A stretch of 64,000 nucleotides of DNA from a bacterium (GTDB taxonomy: Bacteria > Patescibacteriota > Doudnabacteria > UBA920). Below are positions 1 to 8,514 of this stretch, one piece after another. Numbering within the stretch: the stretch's first letter is position 1; the number at the start of each line of letters is the position of its first letter. A model generated the notes under the pieces. That model was not told the origin of the DNA. It did no database searches and saw only the letters and a list, made by a program, of their open reading frames with translations. Made by a program: the position numbers and the translations under genes. The stretch lies in assembly GCA_016699995.1 (NCBI GenBank), contig CP064996.1, forward strand, positions 330,357 to 394,356, written 5' to 3'.

Positions 1-11
1 AGGAAACAAAA

Positions 12-395
12 ATGGAAAACACAACTTTTTTGGCTCAGTTATGGGGCCCGGCCATGCTTGCCGTTGGTTTAGGTATGCTAGTGAGCCGCAAGTATTACGC
101 AAATTTGTATCGTGATTTAGAAAAGAATTCTCTCGCTGTATTGATCTTTGCTATGTCGGCAATCGCAGTTGGTGTCGCTCAAATCATGTACCACAACGTT
201 TGGGGAACTTTCCCAGAAATTGTGATTAGCTTGCTCGGCTGGGGCACTATGATTAAAGGCCTCATCTTTGCGATTGTGCCTGGAATTTTGGATCCCTTAG
301 GTGACTGGGAAGCGGACTCTAATTTGATTCCTGTAGCTGGCGGGTTTGCCATGTTGGTAGGCGCATATTTAACCGCTATTGGATTTTTGATGTAA
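12..395 (+). CDS. small integral membrane protein, unknown function (127 aa)
   Basis: ORF with 3-4 hydrophobic helices. Its stop abuts the start of the next gene. Confidence 0.45.
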   Translation: MENTTFLAQLWGPAMLAVGLGMLVSRKYYANLYRDLEKNSLAVLIFAMSAIAVGVAQIMYHNVWGTFPEIVISLLGWGTMIKGLIFAIVPGILDPLGDWEADSNLIPVAGGFAMLVGAYLTAIGFLM

Positions 396-1373
396 ATGGG
401 CTTACTAGTACACATTTTATTATTTCTACTTTCTGCGTCTATCATCTGGTTTTTTGCAGGCTTGTTGATCGAGTCTGTAAATAATGTGGCGAGACGCTTT
501 AATCAAAGCGGCTTCACGGTCGCTTTTTTTGTTTTGGGTTTCTTAACTTCCATCAGCGAAATTTCTGTGATGGTTAACTCGACCATCAACGGCACGCCGC
601 AGGTATCGGCGGGAAACTTGGTTGGGGCGTCGTTTGTGATCATCTTGCTTGTCATTCCCGTGGTGGCTATTGTGGGCAAAGATATCCAGCTGCGGCGGAC
701 TATCAAACGCAGGAATTTAGCCTTGGCGCTAATCACCATTCTTTTGCCTCCGCTGCTCATGCTGGACGGTTCGGTTAGCCTCAGAGAAGGATTAATATGT
801 ATTATGTTTTTTGCGACTTTGCTTTACCTGATTCGCTCGGACAGCAGAGATAAGGTTCCTAAGATCATCAAGGAAGTCGAGCAGGAGCTCATCGACAGCC
901 GAAAGTCTACCGCGGTTGATATTGTGAAAATTATTGTGGGCGCTGTGTTTATTTTTGTTGCTGGGCATCTGCTGGTGGAAGAAGCTGTATTCCTGGCAAA
1001 CTTTTTGAGTGTTCCAGTTTCCATCATTGGCTTGCTAGTTTTGTCTGTAGGTACGAATATACCTGAGTTGGTTATCGCCGTCCGCTCCATTTTAAAAAAG
1101 CGCAAGGACATTGCTTTTGGTGATTACTTAGGTTCTAGCGTGGCGAATGTTTTTGTGTTCGGTCTGCTGCCAGTACTTAATGGGCGGTTTAGCGTCGAGC
1201 CTACTGAGTTCATAGCTACGGCAGCTTTGATGCTGGTTGGTTTTACTATGTTCTACTTTTTTGCGAAATCTCAAAATAAGATCTCACGTAAGGAAGGATT
1301 GGTTTTAGTATCAATCTATGTTATGTTTGTAGTGATTCAGACTATTAATTTAATCCGCTTCGCTACGGACTAA
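396..1373 (+). CDS. CaCA-family Na+/Ca2+ exchanger-like membrane transporter (YrbG-like)
   Basis: Polytopic membrane protein with two alpha-repeat-like segments, including GTNIPELVIAV in the C-terminal half, typical of cation/Ca2+ exchangers. Confidence 0.6.
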   Translation: MGLLVHILLFLLSASIIWFFAGLLIESVNNVARRFNQSGFTVAFFVLGFLTSISEISVMVNSTINGTPQVSAGNLVGASFVIILLVIPVVAIVGKDIQLRRTIKRRNLALALITILLPPLLMLDGSVSLREGLICIMFFATLLYLIRSDSRDKVPKIIKEVEQELIDSRKSTAVDIVKIIVGAVFIFVAGHLLVEEAVFLANFLSVPVSIIGLLVLSVGTNIPELVIAVRSILKKRKDIAFGDYLGSSVANVFVFGLLPVLNGRFSVEPTEFIATAALMLVGFTMFYFFAKSQNKISRKEGLVLVSIYVMFVVIQTINLIRFATD

Positions 1374-1400
1374 CTTCTCTCGCAAATTAATCATAAATTT

Positions 1401-1895
1401 ATGCGAAAAATAATTGTATTGATAATCGTTATTGCAGCGGCAGCGGGTGTGTACTGGTACACAAGCAAGGATGATAAAAATTCCCTTACCGAAACAATCC
1501 CTTCCACCGATGACCGTTCTGTCCCCGCTGACAGTACTTTCGAAGCCGGACTTCCTACAAAGCGCTGGCAATTATCCGTGTTGAATTCCAAGAGCGGCCA
1601 GACCGTAATCGGTGGCCAGTACCCTCAGGCCATTTATATAGAATTTAACCCAGCCGACAACAGTTATAAAGGTTATGCCGGATGCAATACTTTCAGCGGT
1701 AAGTATGAGGCTTCGGGTGATTATGGTTTCTCTTTTGGGCCGATCGCTTCCACCAAGATGGCCTGCGATTATATCGACTTAGAAGGAGCAGTATTTGAAG
1801 CCATGAGAAAAGCTGCAACATGGGGAATAAAGGGCGAACAGCTGGTCTTTACCAGCGAAGATGGTTACACAGATTTGGTTTACAGTCGGCAGTAG
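1401..1895 (+). CDS. META-domain / HslJ-like secreted protein
   Basis: N-terminal signal anchor. GCNTFSGKYE motif and overall layout match the DUF306/META (HslJ) domain. Confidence 0.55.
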   Translation: MRKIIVLIIVIAAAAGVYWYTSKDDKNSLTETIPSTDDRSVPADSTFEAGLPTKRWQLSVLNSKSGQTVIGGQYPQAIYIEFNPADNSYKGYAGCNTFSGKYEASGDYGFSFGPIASTKMACDYIDLEGAVFEAMRKAATWGIKGEQLVFTSEDGYTDLVYSRQ

Positions 1896-1935
1896 AGAAT
1901 GGCAGTATGCGCGCAATAGAAAATATAAGCAAATA

Positions 1936-1977
1936 AAAAAACGGGAAGCTAACATGCTTCCCGTTAAACGTTTCGGT
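1936..1977. terminator. bidirectional rho-independent terminator
   Basis: aaaaaaaacgggaagc...gcttcccgtt hairpin flanked by A and T runs, between convergent genes. Confidence 0.6.
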
Positions 1978-1986
1978 TGTCCGAAA

Positions 1987-2853
1987 CTATTTATTACCTG
2001 ACCTAAACAGAGCATCGAACTGCGGCTCATCGCCCTTGAGGTAGAATTTGACATTCCCGCCCCCGAGCGTGTTTTCTGCCGCCAATAGGCCTCGATAAAG
2101 CCGGAAGAACGCTGGGTTTTTCCCGTACGCTTCGTTGTAGATGCGTGCGGCTTCGTTATCACCCTCGCCGCGCAGTTTTTGCGCGTTCATCTCTGCCTCA
2201 GACTTGATGATTGTCACCTGTTTGTCGGTGTCCGCCCTCATTTCCATGGCTTTCTGTTCTCCTTCCGAACGATACGTTTTAGCCTGTTGGGCTCGTTCCG
2301 ACATCATTCTCTGATAAACAGACGCTTTATTTTGATCCGGAAGCTCGGTGGTGCTGACCCGCACCATCAAGGAATCGAGACCTAAATTAGCCATGGGTCC
2401 TTCCACCGCGTCGCTTACGTTTTGCATTACAGTGTTTCTTTCGGCGACAAGAATGTTTTCGAAAGATTTCTGTCCCAGCTCTCGCCTCATTTCCGAATAG
2501 ACGATTTCGCCTGTTCTGGAATTTGCTCCAGCCTGGGTCTGCAAACGGCCGATGTAGAGGATACCGTCACTGATTCGGTAGTACGAATATGTGTCGACGA
2601 TCATCGTCTTCTTATCCGCGGTGATGATTTCCCGTGGGTTGTCATCATACTGCAGCCATCTCTTGTCCAGCTTCATAACCGAGTTGATCGGCCATGGTAG
2701 CTTAAAGTGGAGCCCTGGTTCGGTCACTTCGTAGATGGGGTTCTGCAGCCGCAGCACCACGGCCCGTTCGGTCTGGTGAACCGTGTACGGGACTGTGAAA
2801 ATGATGTCGAGCACGACGATCGCTATAAGAATATACAGGATTTTTCTAATCAT
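1987..2853 (-). CDS. hflC: HflC, SPFH/band-7 modulator of FtsH
   Basis: N-terminal TM helix plus SPFH domain and a coiled-coil, Glu/Ala-rich C-terminus. Lies immediately downstream of the hflK-like gene. Confidence 0.8.
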   Translation of the reverse strand: MIRKILYILIAIVVLDIIFTVPYTVHQTERAVVLRLQNPIYEVTEPGLHFKLPWPINSVMKLDKRWLQYDDNPREIITADKKTMIVDTYSYYRISDGILYIGRLQTQAGANSRTGEIVYSEMRRELGQKSFENILVAERNTVMQNVSDAVEGPMANLGLDSLMVRVSTTELPDQNKASVYQRMMSERAQQAKTYRSEGEQKAMEMRADTDKQVTIIKSEAEMNAQKLRGEGDNEAARIYNEAYGKNPAFFRLYRGLLAAENTLGGGNVKFYLKGDEPQFDALFRSGNK

Positions 2854-2866
2854 TGAATCTCCTCCC

Positions 2867-3955
2867 TCACTTATTGAGGTTCATCAGCCGAAGCGTGCCC
2901 TGGTCGCGAACCACGTATTGTTCTTTGCCTGGCATCACTTTTTCCATTGTCTCGTATCTCAGCCTAGCGGTGGTGAGTTCGGGATTCTGTTGGTATTCTT
3001 TAAGTACTTCCAGAAACCTGGCTACGTCGCCGGTCGCATAGTTGATGCGCTGTTGTTTGTAGGCTGCCGCCTCTTCGAGAATTGACTGAGCTTCTCCCTT
3101 TGCTTTGGGTAGCTGCTCATTCATATATCCTTGAGCGTTGTTGATGGCCTGGCCTTTATTTTCCAAGGCGTTGTTAACATCCTGGAAGGCAGCCATAACT
3201 TCGTTCGGCGGGTGAACATCCTGCAACTGAATGCCGACAATTTCGACTCCGAAGTCCATCATATCGCACAGTTCCCGGAGAACCCTTTCGGCTTCTTCCT
3301 GAACCTGGCTTCGTCCGGTAGTGGCAAGCTCGTCGAATGTAGAGCCGCCCGCCACCGTTCTCATGGCAGACTGGGCATTCCTCTTGGTTGCTTCTTCTGG
3401 ATCGGCGACTTCGAACAGCCATTTGGCAGCGTCCGCGATTCGGTACTGCACTACGTAGTCCAGCTTTACGATATTTAGATCCTTGCTCAGAGCGTTGTTT
3501 TCGTGTGCCACTTCTTCCTCTTTGCCTTTATCGTTGGTTTTGAAGCCGATCTCGATGCGCATGATTTTCTGCACCGAGACCTCTTCCGCAACCTCGATAG
3601 GCCAAGGGGCTTTAAAGTTAAGGCCGGGTCCGCTAGTGCGGACATGCTTGCCGAAGCGTGTCACGACTGCGTTTTCGTCCTTCGCCGTGATGATCCAACA
3701 AGTCAACAGGGACCAGGCCAGGATGATTCCAAAGCCGATCTTCCATAGTGACAGGTTGAGAAGAAAGAAGAGTTGCTTGTTGGGAGGCCTTTGTGTGGCC
3801 CGCCCGGCTCGTGTGAAGATATCCTGCTCAGTTTCCGGAATTACCGGAGCATGAGCATTATACTTCCCAATATTGATCCCTAGTTTGGCTAGAAGCCCTG
3901 CTATGGTCATTTTTTCCTCCAAGTTTTTGTGCTTTAGCACGTTTTTAAAATACAT
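2867..3955 (-). CDS. hflK: HflK, SPFH/band-7 protein
   Basis: SPFH domain (NFKAPWPIE...) after an N-terminal TM segment. Paired with hflC, 14 nt apart. Confidence 0.8.
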   Translation of the reverse strand: MYFKNVLKHKNLEEKMTIAGLLAKLGINIGKYNAHAPVIPETEQDIFTRAGRATQRPPNKQLFFLLNLSLWKIGFGIILAWSLLTCWIITAKDENAVVTRFGKHVRTSGPGLNFKAPWPIEVAEEVSVQKIMRIEIGFKTNDKGKEEEVAHENNALSKDLNIVKLDYVVQYRIADAAKWLFEVADPEEATKRNAQSAMRTVAGGSTFDELATTGRSQVQEEAERVLRELCDMMDFGVEIVGIQLQDVHPPNEVMAAFQDVNNALENKGQAINNAQGYMNEQLPKAKGEAQSILEEAAAYKQQRINYATGDVARFLEVLKEYQQNPELTTARLRYETMEKVMPGKEQYVVRDQGTLRLMNLNK

Positions 3956-4094
3956 TCTTACCGAATGATAAGAACCTGAAATTATACCTTATTTTAGCCA
4001 TTTTGTCAATGTATAGTGGATTGGTAATTAAGTATGCTAAAAAACGCCGATTAACCTTACAATTTGCTATAATAATAGATATTAAAACTTATCT

Positions 4095-4766
4095 ATGAAA
4101 AACCTCCAGGATTCCCTCAATAATTACCGCGTATTGGCAATTTTCATCAACCTTGCCATTTTGGTAACCGTAATTTTTGCCACTGTATATTTCTCTGTTC
4201 AGCAGAGTTATCGTACGAATGCCAATGACCCTCAGGTGGAAGTTGTCGGCCAGGTAGAAGAAGTTATTAAGCAGGATGTGCCTTTGGATGCAATCGTCAG
4301 CGAAGCAGAGCAAATTGATATAGCCGAAAGTTTGTCCTTGTTCGTCATGATCTTCGATAGTAATCGCCAGCTAATTGGTTCGTCTGCAACTTTAGACGGA
4401 CAAGCACCAACACCGCCGGAGAATGTTTTTGCATTAGCAAAAGAACAGGGTGAAAACCGCTTTACATGGGAACCTAAGCCAGGGGTCCAAGTAGCTGCTG
4501 TATTAAAGCCGGTAGATGATAAAGCTTTTGTTTTGGCCGGACGTTCCTTAAAAGAAATAAATGATAGGGAAGCAGCGCTACTTAAAACTTGTATAATCGG
4601 CTGGGCGATTTCCGTGTTGTTGCTGGCAGGGTTAAGCTTGCTGTTAAAACCCCGCCAATCTGTGGCCGTGATAGAGGAAACCAATGTGACCGTAGTAGAA
4701 CCATCTGGCGACGCTACAACACAAACCATAACAGAAGAAACGGTTATAGAGGATGTTAAATCGTAA
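4095..4766 (+). CDS. hypothetical membrane-anchored protein (223 aa)
   Basis: N-terminal and C-terminal TM helices bracket an extracytoplasmic domain. No recognisable motif. Confidence 0.4.
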   Translation: MKNLQDSLNNYRVLAIFINLAILVTVIFATVYFSVQQSYRTNANDPQVEVVGQVEEVIKQDVPLDAIVSEAEQIDIAESLSLFVMIFDSNRQLIGSSATLDGQAPTPPENVFALAKEQGENRFTWEPKPGVQVAAVLKPVDDKAFVLAGRSLKEINDREAALLKTCIIGWAISVLLLAGLSLLLKPRQSVAVIEETNVTVVEPSGDATTQTITEETVIEDVKS

Positions 4767-4842
4767 AGATCTAGTTACCGGAGACAGCAGGATGGCCGTT
4801 GATTCTGAAGATATAATTAGATTTTTAAATTGAAACGAAATA

Positions 4843-4875
4843 GGGAACAGGTAATGGCCTGTTCCCTATTTGTAT
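4843..4875. terminator. bidirectional rho-independent terminator
   Basis: agggaacaggtaatggcctgttccct hairpin followed by a T run. Confidence 0.6.
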
Positions 4876-4911
4876 AAAAAAATGCCCGCTCGGCGGACAT
4901 TTTAGTTAGTG

Positions 4912-5424
4912 CTATTCTTTGGAATAAACGTCTCGGGTTTTGGCAATGTATTCGAGGGCTTTGTCTGCGCCTTCGAATTCGCCAACTGATACAGATTTAT
5001 TTTCTAGAATCTTGTAAGTCTCGAAGAAGTTTTTGATCTCTTTCGGGGAGTGTTCGGACAGATCGGCTAAAGACTTTACGCTCTTATAGCGAGGGTCTTC
5101 GGTTGGAACTGCCAACACTTTGTTATCGATTTCGCCATTGTCTTCCATGTTCATAAAACCAATCGCACGGGCTTCCACTACCACCCCTGGCGGGATTGGA
5201 TTAGTAGAGAATAGCAATACATCGGTGTTGTCGCCGTCGTCTGCGCGGGTCTGCGGAATGAATCCATAATTATATGGATAGCGTTGCGCAGAAAATAGCA
5301 CGCGGTCTAATTTAATCACGTCTAGCTCTTCATCGTACTCATATTTATCGTGGCTGCCCTGAGAGATTTCGATAATTACATTGAATTTTTCAACGCTGCC
5401 AAAAGGTACATCTTTAAGTCCCAT
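4912..5424 (-). CDS. ppa: inorganic pyrophosphatase (family I)
   Basis: DKYEYDEELDVIKLDRVL...YPYNYGFIPQT...DGD..DVL signature of soluble PPase. 170 aa. Confidence 0.9.
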   Translation of the reverse strand: MGLKDVPFGSVEKFNVIIEISQGSHDKYEYDEELDVIKLDRVLFSAQRYPYNYGFIPQTRADDGDNTDVLLFSTNPIPPGVVVEARAIGFMNMEDNGEIDNKVLAVPTEDPRYKSVKSLADLSEHSPKEIKNFFETYKILENKSVSVGEFEGADKALEYIAKTRDVYSKE

Positions 5425-5522
5425 AAAAAATCTTTAATTATATGCAGTCATTATAAAGATAAATGTCGGGGCAGGCAAGTGGTAAAGTCTTGACTTAGGC
5501 ACAATTTTGTTATAATAAATAC

Positions 5523-5837
5523 ATGAACTTTAAAGAAAAGGTGATAGAGGCTGTTAAGAGGATTCCAAGAGGAAAAGTTGTCAGTTATGGCCAGGTGGCA
5601 AGCGAGTGCGGCAGTCCGCGCGCTGCTCGCCAGGTCGGCTGGATGCTTCACGGCTTAGACGGCAATAATTCTGTACCATGGTGGCGGGTGATCAATAACG
5701 CCGGCTACATTAGCATCAAAGGAAACATAATGTCCACTCCCCTAGCTCAAAAAAATTTTTTGGAAAGCGAAGGCATCACAGTAAGCAAAGATCTAGAAAT
5801 AGACATAGAAAAGTATCGTTACCACTTCCCTACTTGA
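5523..5837 (+). CDS. MGMT-family DNA-binding protein, alkyltransferase-like (ATL; no active-site Cys)
   Basis: Single-domain, 104 aa. Shows the helix-turn-helix and Asn-hinge layout of O6-alkylguanine transferase C-domains. The PCHR active site is replaced by PWWRV. Confidence 0.65.
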   Translation: MNFKEKVIEAVKRIPRGKVVSYGQVASECGSPRAARQVGWMLHGLDGNNSVPWWRVINNAGYISIKGNIMSTPLAQKNFLESEGITVSKDLEIDIEKYRYHFPT

Positions 5838-6475
5838 TAATGAAATTTACCAAGCTTCTAAAAATTACCATAGTCGCACTGATTATAATTTTTACAGTTG
5901 ATGCTGGATTAATTTTTACTATGGCCAACTGGCAGCCGGAAGCGGAGAGAGCAGACGCTGTTGTCGTTCTAGGTGCAGCCATTAACACCCCGGCATTGAC
6001 GCGAAGAACATTGGACGGTTTGCAACTGTACGAGCAGGGGAAAGCGGACCGACTAATTTTGTCGGGTGGAAAGATTGCAGACAGCGACATATCCGAAGCC
6101 GAGTTCATGTACAAGGTTATTACTAGTAACACCGCTAACCCGATCGATTATATAATAGAGGACCAGTCTCGCAATACTTATGAAAATATAAAAAACTCTA
6201 AAGCCAAACTTATAGAGAGCGAGAGAGCGGAGCGCATGCTTAATTCTCAGGACGAGCTGAGCGAGGCGGAAATCATGGAGAACAGCTCTGTTATTATTGT
6301 CAGTGACAAATATCATTTAGCCCGAGCTGTGTTGCTAGCTAAGCGCGCAGGCTTTGAGACTGTGCATTGGCATTCTCCGGACCCGTACTATTACCCCAAG
6401 CAAGAACTGCATTATTATTATTTCCGCGAATTCGTAGCTATTCTAAGTTATATCCCTAAATTTATTTTTGGGTGA
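5834..6475 (+). CDS. DUF218 / YdcF-ElyC family protein
   Basis: N-terminal TM helix, VVVLGAAI... and ...NTYENI...DKYHLARA motifs of the DUF218 family. ATGA overlap with the upstream gene. Confidence 0.65.
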   Translation: MIMKFTKLLKITIVALIIIFTVDAGLIFTMANWQPEAERADAVVVLGAAINTPALTRRTLDGLQLYEQGKADRLILSGGKIADSDISEAEFMYKVITSNTANPIDYIIEDQSRNTYENIKNSKAKLIESERAERMLNSQDELSEAEIMENSSVIIVSDKYHLARAVLLAKRAGFETVHWHSPDPYYYPKQELHYYYFREFVAILSYIPKFIFG

Positions 6476-6536
6476 TTATGGTAAAACAATACCGATACCA
6501 ATACCGATTTCGAACCGCTTTAAACAGCGGTTTTTG

Positions 6537-6575
6537 GTTGACAAAATTGCAAAAAAACGTTATATTGTAAAGTAA
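6537..6575 (+). promoter_or_regulatory. sigma70-like promoter (TTGACA-17-TATATT) with strong SD upstream of the 617-aa gene
   Basis: ttgacaaaattgcaaaaaaacgttatattg precedes aaaggaggtgtaataaATG. Confidence 0.5.
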
Positions 6576-6598
6576 AAATTTAAAAGGAGGTGTAATAA

Positions 6599-8452
6599 AT
6601 GGCTAAAGATCGCAGCAGTAATTTGGCAAATATCTACTTGCGTTTGCCTTTGCTTAACACGTTTTTAAAGCCGATCGTAGATGGTCGTTATGTGTATGTT
6701 CCCGGCATTGATCCGGAAAAATTTGAACGCGTCACCGGCTTTTTCGAGAAAGCGCAAGTCAAAGACGAATCCACCTTGTGGCGTTCATTCAAGGGTTATG
6801 ACGGTCTCAAGGCCGTTAAGGCTTTTTCGGAAGAGGAAGTGGATACAATGCTGGATGAATATCTCCAGCAAGTGCATACCAGCTACCCCGAGCTGCGGGA
6901 TGATCCGATACTGTCGGAACTGACTAAAACTATTTACGACCTAAAGCCGGTTATTGTGGCTGCGGAGAATCGCGATGTGAATGGAGTTAATCGCTCCCTT
7001 CAGGCTCTAACCTACGCTTTGTTATCTGCGTTCAGCGAAGTGATAACTCTTATCAGGGAAGTTAAAAAGCAGGGGAATATCACAGATAGTCTTCTGTCTT
7101 CCTACGAGCACTTGGATGACCAGGATGCAAAGCTCTGGGCAATATGCGGCGAAAAGGTTCATGAGTATCATCAGCAGATTAAGGCTCTGTTCGAATTCGA
7201 ACATGAAATGAGTACTCAATACTTGACTCTATCAAAGGAAATCAAAGGCATGGTCTCGCGGCGGGTGAAGATTTATTCTTTAGAAGAAGAATTGCAGCCT
7301 GTCATGTCGAAGCACATTCTGAATGAGTTTTCCGATGCAGACACCGAAAACCTTCGGATTCAGGTAGAGGAATTTTATTCCTTGCTCACCAACTACAATG
7401 AAGATTGTGGTGTGTACGGACATTTAGTCAGTGAACTAAAAAGTCGCTTGGCATTGTACCCGGCGATGGTGAAGGCAGCCAAGAAAGCATTTGAAAGCTT
7501 CTCCACATTTCGCAAGGAAGAGGATATCAGCGCTTTGGTGCTTCAGAAATGGGTGCCGGAGGAAGTTTATAATCAGGCAATGCTCTGGATGGATCAGCGT
7601 ATGCATTCTGCTACAACGTGGGATGCTAAGTTTCTGAAACTTCAGGGAGAGCTGTCTAATTGCGAGCACATGCTTACGGCTCAGGAAACTGCTAAAGTGT
7701 CCGGGTGGCTTAAGGCTATTCCGGAGGCTGTACAGGTTAAAAGCGCGGTGCCGCTGCCTTCCTTTCTTGGAGGGGGCAAGCCGCTTGGTTCCTTTGCTGG
7801 GCTTCCAACTGCCCCCACCGTGGAAACTTCGTTGCAATCCATAGAAGCAGTGGAGAGTTTTTCTGCTGCATCGCCGGATCCTCCGGTCGTCAATAAAGTC
7901 TCTGGGAACGGTAGCGCCAAAAGGGCGCCTATCATCATCAAAGCGGATGGCACAAAGAAGAAGGCAGAGAAGCGGGGCAACGAGAAGCACGCTTCTAAGC
8001 TTCCCGATTTGTATATCAACCCAGAACTTCCGATTCCAGAAACGTTGGACGACCTAATGGAATTATTCGAACTAGTTGCCGCCGCTCGAGAACCGAACCG
8101 TAACCCGCTTAGGGGCGCAACGTTCAAGAGCTCGTGGGAAATACTACAGATGGCTGGGTTTGATCTACGCGAACACGATATAGAACAGTTCCGTAAACAT
8201 TTTCTCACCTGTGAATGCGTGCGAATAGTGGGGGAGGACGAAGATCCTCGGGTTTGTTACGATGAAACTGGCAAGCACATGCTTGTTTATTCCATTGGGA
8301 CAGGTGGGGCTCGCGGCAAGGAGAGGTATAAATTGGCCGAGCGGAGATATACCCATAATTCATCCCTAACTGCGTTAGAGGAGAAGTGGGATATCACCCG
8401 CAAGTCTTTGCAGTTTCTTGCCAAGCAGCGCAAGGATGCAACCGATTTCTAG
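6599..8452 (+). CDS. hypothetical protein (617 aa), no recognisable domain
   Basis: Long ORF with excellent SD (AAAGGAGGTG) and own promoter and terminator. Mostly helical, charged sequence. Confidence 0.5.
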   Translation: MAKDRSSNLANIYLRLPLLNTFLKPIVDGRYVYVPGIDPEKFERVTGFFEKAQVKDESTLWRSFKGYDGLKAVKAFSEEEVDTMLDEYLQQVHTSYPELRDDPILSELTKTIYDLKPVIVAAENRDVNGVNRSLQALTYALLSAFSEVITLIREVKKQGNITDSLLSSYEHLDDQDAKLWAICGEKVHEYHQQIKALFEFEHEMSTQYLTLSKEIKGMVSRRVKIYSLEEELQPVMSKHILNEFSDADTENLRIQVEEFYSLLTNYNEDCGVYGHLVSELKSRLALYPAMVKAAKKAFESFSTFRKEEDISALVLQKWVPEEVYNQAMLWMDQRMHSATTWDAKFLKLQGELSNCEHMLTAQETAKVSGWLKAIPEAVQVKSAVPLPSFLGGGKPLGSFAGLPTAPTVETSLQSIEAVESFSAASPDPPVVNKVSGNGSAKRAPIIIKADGTKKKAEKRGNEKHASKLPDLYINPELPIPETLDDLMELFELVAAAREPNRNPLRGATFKSSWEILQMAGFDLREHDIEQFRKHFLTCECVRIVGEDEDPRVCYDETGKHMLVYSIGTGGARGKERYKLAERRYTHNSSLTALEEKWDITRKSLQFLAKQRKDATDF

Positions 8453-8461
8453 GCAAATAAA

Positions 8462-8492
8462 ATAAGCCAGTCGAATTTCGACTGGCTTTTAT
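8462..8492. terminator. bidirectional rho-independent terminator
   Basis: aagccagtcgaatttcgactggctt hairpin followed by a T run. Confidence 0.6.
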
Positions 8493-8514
8493 TATTGTGT
8501 TTTTACGATTCATT

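Noticed and set aside
1779-3854. Multiple ORFs antisense to or out of frame within hflC and hflK (for example 2179-2385, 2422-2700, 3131-3478, 3483-3854).
   Set aside because: They lie entirely inside well-supported SPFH genes on the other strand or frame. Typical shadow ORFs.
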